NCBI GenBank assembly: GCA_023269445.1 | Contig: JAHFTH010000002.1 | Span: 1-42,896, forward strand | Direction: 5' to 3' | DNA from: Lacunisphaera sp. | GTDB lineage: Bacteria > Verrucomicrobiota > Verrucomicrobiia > Opitutales > Opitutaceae | DNA: 42,896 nt | Shown here: one piece after another, positions 38,324-42,896 of the stretch | Position numbering within the stretch: the stretch's first letter is position 1 | How the letters are laid out: every line of letters begins with the position of its first letter | The notes under the pieces: model-generated | Databases searched by the model: none | Seen by the model: the letters and a program-made list of their open reading frames with translations, nothing else | Told to the model about the DNA's origin: nothing | Position numbers and translations under genes: made by a program

Positions 38324-40963
38324 ATGCTCCACTCCTTCCGCCGGCTCGCCGCCCTGCTCAGTGTCCTTGTTGCCAGTGTCGTTCTTCCCGCCAGCGAGCC
38401 AATCGATCCGCTGCGTCTCACCCACGGTGTTGTGCCCGTCGCCCAGAGCGTCGCACTGACCCTCGATCCGGCCAAGGACGACTACTCCGGCCGCACCCTC
38501 ATCGACCTGCTGGCCAGCGAACCCTTCACCAGTTTCCGGCTGCACGCCGAAGGCCCGGCCTTCACGACCGCCACGCTGACTTCCGCCGACGGCGAAGTCA
38601 CCACTCTCACCGCCGCGGTCACCAACGTGGAGCAGGGCCTCGTCACGCTCACCGCGCCCGTCTCGCTCGGCGTGGGCAACTACCAGCTCTCGATCAATTT
38701 CACCGCCAAGTATCATCACGACGGCCTCGGCCTCTACAAGACCACCAGCCGCGGCGACCCGTATCTCTTCTCGCAGTTCGAGGACAAGCATGCCCGCAAA
38801 TGTTTTCCTTGCTGGGATGAACCCTCCTTCAAGATCAACTGGCAGTTGACCATCACCCTGCCGACCACCCTGGAGGCGATCACCAACTCCGCCGTCGCCA
38901 TCGAAACCCGCAGCGGCGACTCCAAGACGCTCGCCTTCGGCCGCACCCCGCCGATGCCCAGCTACATCGTCGCACTCGCGGTCGGCCCGTTTGAATACCT
39001 GCCGGTCCCCGGCCTGTCCGTCCCCGGCCGCATCGTCACACCCAAGGGCCAGGTCGCGCTCGCCGCGGAGGCCGCCCGCCTGGCCCCGCCGCTCCTCTCT
39101 CGCCTCGAGGAATATTTCGGCATTCCTTATCCCTACGCCAAACTCGACCAGATCGCCGTCCCCGAATACGTCTACGGCGCGATGGAGAACGCCGGCTTCA
39201 TCACCTACACCGACAAGCTCCTGCTCATGGACCCCGAGAAGGCTTCGTTCAACTCGCGCCGCCGTCTCGCCAACGTCATGGCCCATGAGATGGCCCACAT
39301 GTGGTTCGGCGACCTCGTCACCATGACCTGGTGGGACGATCTCTGGCTCAACGAATCCTTCGCCGATTGGATGTGCGCCCGCATCGTCGAGCACCAGTTC
39401 CCCGAGTTCCGCGTCCAGTTGACCGAAAGCCGGGCGATCAAGGGCGCCATGCGCAGCGACGCCCTGCCCTCCATCACCGCCATCCGTCGCCCCGTCACCG
39501 CCAGCAGCGACCTCGCCCAACTCGTGGACGAGCTCACCTACAACAAGGGCAAGGGCATTTTGGGCATGGTCGAGAACTGGATCGGGCCCGCCCAGTTCCG
39601 CGCCACCATGCGCACCTACTTCCTCAAGCACAGCTGGGGCAACACCGTCTCCGCCGACCTCTGGGCGGCCTTCAGCGCCAACTCGGGCGACGACATCACC
39701 AGCATGATGTCCGCGTTTATCAACCAACCCGGCGTGCCGCTCGTCTCCTTCGCCCTCGAGCCCGACGGCAAGCTCCGCCTCACCCAGCGCCGCTTCAACA
39801 ATCTCGGTGACCCGCAGTTGCCCGGCTCGTGGCAGATCCCCGTGGTGCTCACCTGGGGCAAGGGCGGCACAGTGCACCGCGAACGCGTGCTGCTCAAGGA
39901 AACCACCCAGCTCGCCGACCTCCCCGGCCTGGCCACTGCCGACTGGATCTACCCCAACGCCGGTGAAGCCGGCTATTACCGTTGGAATCTCTCCCCCGAG
40001 CTCAACGCCCGCCTCGCCGCTCACTCCGCCGCCCTCAAGCCCATCGAACGCGTCGGTCTCCTCGACAATACCTCGGCCCTCTTCAGCGCCGGGCTGATTG
40101 ATGGCACCGACTACCTCGCCTACGTCACCGCCTTCGGCCGCGACCTCGATCCCGACGTCAACACCAGCGTGGCCGGCAGCATCGGCGGACTCGACAACAC
40201 CTTCATCACGCCCGCCTCGCGCCCGGCCTACAACGCCTACGTCGCAGCGATTCTTCGCCCCATCCTCGATCGCATCGGCTTGCAGCCGGTGGCCGGCGAA
40301 CCCGCGCTGCACGGCCCGCTGCGGAATTCCCTCTACGGCTCGCTCGGCTACAAAGCCGCCGATCCCGCCGTCATCGCCGAGTGCCGCCGCCTCGCCGCGC
40401 TCTTCCTGCAGGATCCCAAGCTGGTGGACGCCGCCCTGCGCGGCACCGCCGTCTCCGTCACCGCGTATCACGGGGATGCGGCCTACTTCGCCACGCTGCA
40501 AACCGCCTTGGAAAAAGCCCAGACGCCCCTCGTCCGCTCGGCCGTTCTTGTCGCCCTCGGCACGTTCAACGACCCGGTCCTCGCGGAAAAGGCCCTGGCC
40601 CTCTCACTGACCCCGGCGCTCAACTCCACCGAGTTCCTCGGCATTGTCTATGGCGTCAGTGGCAATCCCGACCTGCGCAGCCTCGCCGTCGACTGGACCA
40701 TCGCCCACTACGACGCCCTCGCGGCCAAGGCCCCGCCGGAATACATCGCCGGCCTGATCGGCGTCGCCGCCGGCGGCGAACCCGAGCTGTTCAACAAGCT
40801 GCGCGGCTTTCTCCTCACTCCCGGCCGCAAGACGGAGTTCGCCGAGATCAACGTCAAGAAAGCCTCCGAACGCCTCGATCTCCGCCTGCGCCTTCGCGCG
40901 AAGGAACAGGCCAATGTCGTGAAGTTCCTCCAGTCCTACCCCGGCAACACGCCGAAGGACTGA
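38324..40963 (+). CDS. M1-family aminopeptidase with ERAP1-like C-terminal region
   Basis: SQFE..ARKCFPCWDEP, GAMENAG, HEMAH-x18-E (WLNES), YNKG; signal peptide; start at ATG 38324. Confidence 0.93.
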   Translation: MLHSFRRLAALLSVLVASVVLPASEPIDPLRLTHGVVPVAQSVALTLDPAKDDYSGRTLIDLLASEPFTSFRLHAEGPAFTTATLTSADGEVTTLTAAVTNVEQGLVTLTAPVSLGVGNYQLSINFTAKYHHDGLGLYKTTSRGDPYLFSQFEDKHARKCFPCWDEPSFKINWQLTITLPTTLEAITNSAVAIETRSGDSKTLAFGRTPPMPSYIVALAVGPFEYLPVPGLSVPGRIVTPKGQVALAAEAARLAPPLLSRLEEYFGIPYPYAKLDQIAVPEYVYGAMENAGFITYTDKLLLMDPEKASFNSRRRLANVMAHEMAHMWFGDLVTMTWWDDLWLNESFADWMCARIVEHQFPEFRVQLTESRAIKGAMRSDALPSITAIRRPVTASSDLAQLVDELTYNKGKGILGMVENWIGPAQFRATMRTYFLKHSWGNTVSADLWAAFSANSGDDITSMMSAFINQPGVPLVSFALEPDGKLRLTQRRFNNLGDPQLPGSWQIPVVLTWGKGGTVHRERVLLKETTQLADLPGLATADWIYPNAGEAGYYRWNLSPELNARLAAHSAALKPIERVGLLDNTSALFSAGLIDGTDYLAYVTAFGRDLDPDVNTSVAGSIGGLDNTFITPASRPAYNAYVAAILRPILDRIGLQPVAGEPALHGPLRNSLYGSLGYKAADPAVIAECRRLAALFLQDPKLVDAALRGTAVSVTAYHGDAAYFATLQTALEKAQTPLVRSAVLVALGTFNDPVLAEKALALSLTPALNSTEFLGIVYGVSGNPDLRSLAVDWTIAHYDALAAKAPPEYIAGLIGVAAGGEPELFNKLRGFLLTPGRKTEFAEINVKKASERLDLRLRLRAKEQANVVKFLQSYPGNTPKD

Positions 40964-40980
40964 CCGCGCCTGCCGGCGCG

Positions 40981-41116
40981 GAACGTTCAACATTTAACGC
41001 TGAACGCTCAAGGCACTGTAGCGGCGGTCTATGACCGCCGACCCTGAAAAACGGCGCTCATAGAGCGCCGCTACAAATTTGAACGTTGAGCGTTGAAAGT
41101 TCGACGTTGAACGTTC
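40981..41116. repeat. Inverted heptamer arrays (AACGTTC-like) enclosing a GTAG-type REP-like doublet
   Basis: Outer arms 40981-41011 / 41086-41116 (about 25/31 inverted); inner arms 41017-41040 / 41052-41075 (22/24, compensatory). Confidence 0.8.
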
Positions 41117-41126
41117 CCCTTTCGGC

Positions 41127-42896
41127 TCACTTCAACTGCTCGTCGGCCAGACCGACCTTGCGCAGCAACCCGTCCCAGCGGGGATCGGAAAACAGCGCCG
41201 TGAGTTCTGTGTTGTCCCGCAGCCAGGCCATGCTGGGGTCGCGGCTGGCCCGGGCTTTTTCCAGCGCCGCAAAGGCCCGGTCCTTGTCGCCCAGCCCGGC
41301 GTGCAGCCACGCGATGCATGTCTGCAAGTCGGCGAGGTCGGGCTGGGTTTTGGCCAACTCTTCCAAACGGGCGAGCATTTCGCGGACCTTCGCCTGGTCG
41401 CCGCGCGCGAGGGCCAGCAACCCGGAGGTGCCGGGCTGCTCGACCACGTCGGGATCGAGGGCGAGCTCCGCCTCGGCCTCGGCATAACGCCCCTGATTGA
41501 TGAGGGGCCAGGCCAGAACGCTGTGGTAGCTCGTGCCCCCGGGTGCCAGTTGCAACGCCCGCCGCGCCGCCCGCTCTGACTCGACCCAATTTCTGCTCTC
41601 AAAAAACATGATGCTCAGGTCAACCTGGGTGCTGGGATTGAGCGGGTCGAGCTGCGCCGCCTGCCGGGCCAGTCGGAAGGCCTCGTCCCTCTGCCCGATG
41701 TTGAAGAGCAACACGGCCGTGCCGGCGAGGATCTCGGGATTGTTCGGCTGTAGCGCCAGCGCCCGACGGAAAGCCCGCTCGGCTCCACGCCAATCCCACT
41801 CGCCGGTGCGCTGGATCCAGCCCAAAGCCAGCAGCACCTCGGGCGAATCCGGTTCCAGCGCGAGCGCCCGGTCAATCGCTTGCCGGGCCGCCGCCCATGA
41901 CGCCAAGGTCGGGGCCCCGCCCCAGCGGCCGAGCCGGGTGTGCACGCTCGCGAGCTGCACCCACGCCGCCATGTATTTCGGCTCCAACGCGACGGCTCGC
42001 TCGAAATGCCCGACCGCCTCCCGCAGATCCGCCATGCTGGCCTTGGCCGACGACGCCCGGCCGAGCAGATATTCCTGATAGGCCTCGGGGCTGACCGCCT
42101 GTCTCGCGCCCGCCTCGCCAATCCCCATTTTCAATTCGAGATTTTTGGCAATCAGCCCGGCGATCTCGTCCTGCACGGCGAAGATATCCTTCAGGTCGCG
42201 CGTGAAGGTATCCGACCACACATGGAAGCCGTCTGCGGCCTTGATCAGCTGCGCCGTGATACGGACCTTGTCGCCCTGCTTGCGCACGCTGCCCTCGACG
42301 ACGTAGGCGACGCCGAGCTGCTTCGCGATCTCGGGGACGGGCACCTCCTTGCCCTTGAAATAAAACGCCGACGTCCGAGCGGAGACCTTCAGCCCCGGCA
42401 CCTTCGCCAGCACGTTGAGCAGCTCCTCGCTGATGCCATCCGAGAAATACTCGTTGCCCTTGTCGTCGGAGAGATTGGCGAACGCCAGCACGGCGACGGA
42501 TTTCTGGTCCACCGAGGGCAGTGCTGTCTTCTGTTCTCTGTCATCTGTCTTCTGTTTCGCCGGCGCCGGGGCCAGTGCCGCCTCCCGCAGGCCGGGGTAG
42601 TGCGGGTCGGCCCGCAGCGGCACGTAGGCGGGGTCAAGCTCAAGCATGGCCCGAGTCACCGCGTAGGCGTCGTTGTCCGCGGCAAAGCCGGCGCGGAGGT
42701 GGGCGGCAGCGAGGTCCGTCCGGCCCAGGGTAGACCAAAGCAGGGCCAGGTTGGTGCAGTTGAAGAAGACGGTCTGGGAGGTCATGCGCTGCTGCAGTAA
42801 CGTGGAGACGGCATCCGCGCCGGCCTGATCGCCGAGGCGGCTCAAGGCCCACGTCTTCCAGAACAAAGCGGCGATGTCATCCGGCGAAGCGGCCAG
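41127..42896 (-). CDS. TolB-like N-terminal domain/TPR protein; 5' end outside the window
   Basis: KSVAVLAFANLSDDKGNEYFSDGISEELLNVLAKVPGLKVSARTSAFYFKGK...YVVEGSVRK...RITAQLI, followed by TPRs; frame is open to the window edge. Confidence 0.85.
   Translation of the reverse strand: MAASPDDIAALFWKTWALSRLGDQAGADAVSTLLQQRMTSQTVFFNCTNLALLWSTLGRTDLAAAHLRAGFAADNDAYAVTRAMLELDPAYVPLRADPHYPGLREAALAPAPAKQKTDDREQKTALPSVDQKSVAVLAFANLSDDKGNEYFSDGISEELLNVLAKVPGLKVSARTSAFYFKGKEVPVPEIAKQLGVAYVVEGSVRKQGDKVRITAQLIKAADGFHVWSDTFTRDLKDIFAVQDEIAGLIAKNLELKMGIGEAGARQAVSPEAYQEYLLGRASSAKASMADLREAVGHFERAVALEPKYMAAWVQLASVHTRLGRWGGAPTLASWAAARQAIDRALALEPDSPEVLLALGWIQRTGEWDWRGAERAFRRALALQPNNPEILAGTAVLLFNIGQRDEAFRLARQAAQLDPLNPSTQVDLSIMFFESRNWVESERAARRALQLAPGGTSYHSVLAWPLINQGRYAEAEAELALDPDVVEQPGTSGLLALARGDQAKVREMLARLEELAKTQPDLADLQTCIAWLHAGLGDKDRAFAALEKARASRDPSMAWLRDNTELTALFSDPRWDGLLRKVGLADEQLK
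42524..42558 (-). repeat. Heptamer array (CTGTCTT-like x5) in an interdomain linker
   Basis: CTGTCTT CTGTTCT CTGTCAT CTGTCTT CTGTTTC; translated KQKTDDREQKT on the minus strand. Confidence 0.7.

Noticed and set aside
37790-40501. 903-aa minus-strand ORF and similar long antisense ORFs (7078-8571, 11363-12622, 14519-16099, 23586-24863, 35324-36721)
   Set aside because: Mirror frames of well-supported genes; expected in high-GC DNA and no motifs recognised.

Overview
High-GC bacterial chromosomal window. The gene set and style (TonB-dependent receptor type, TolB-like/TPR protein, dapL, mla-like operon) suggest Verrucomicrobiota, probably Opitutaceae; this is inference. Left to right: a hemicellulose-utilisation locus (GH115, GH35-like, TonB-dependent receptor, xylulokinase), tRNA-Val(CAC), nth and gcvP. 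Next comes a ~5.8 kb defence/addiction island: hicB-hicA, a helicase-less Type ISP-like/IIG restriction-modification enzyme, a methyltransferase remnant, an XRE regulator, DUF433/DUF5615 and a small antitoxin/Doc pair. Then a cupin, an OPT transporter, panE, panC, dapL, an MlaEFD-PqiC-like operon, several small enzymes, recD2 with an Ala-initiated class-3-type LAGLIDADG intein in its Walker A motif, a SYLF protein, an M16 peptidase pair, an M1 aminopeptidase and a partial TolB-like/TPR gene. Most notable: (1) a 711-bp integrase-free hicBA cassette bounded by two synonymously diverged copies of the gcvP 3' end that encode alternative C-termini. (2) A dense set of short repeat families (REP-like doublets with compensatory changes, nested doublets, a 28-bp palindrome, hepta/hexa/decamer arrays), several translated in frame inside proteins or supplying start/stop codons. 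(3) The intein. (4) A Doc with His->Gln in the Fic motif. (5) A candidate DnaA-box-rich intergenic region. All family calls come from motif recognition by eye; no database search was run.
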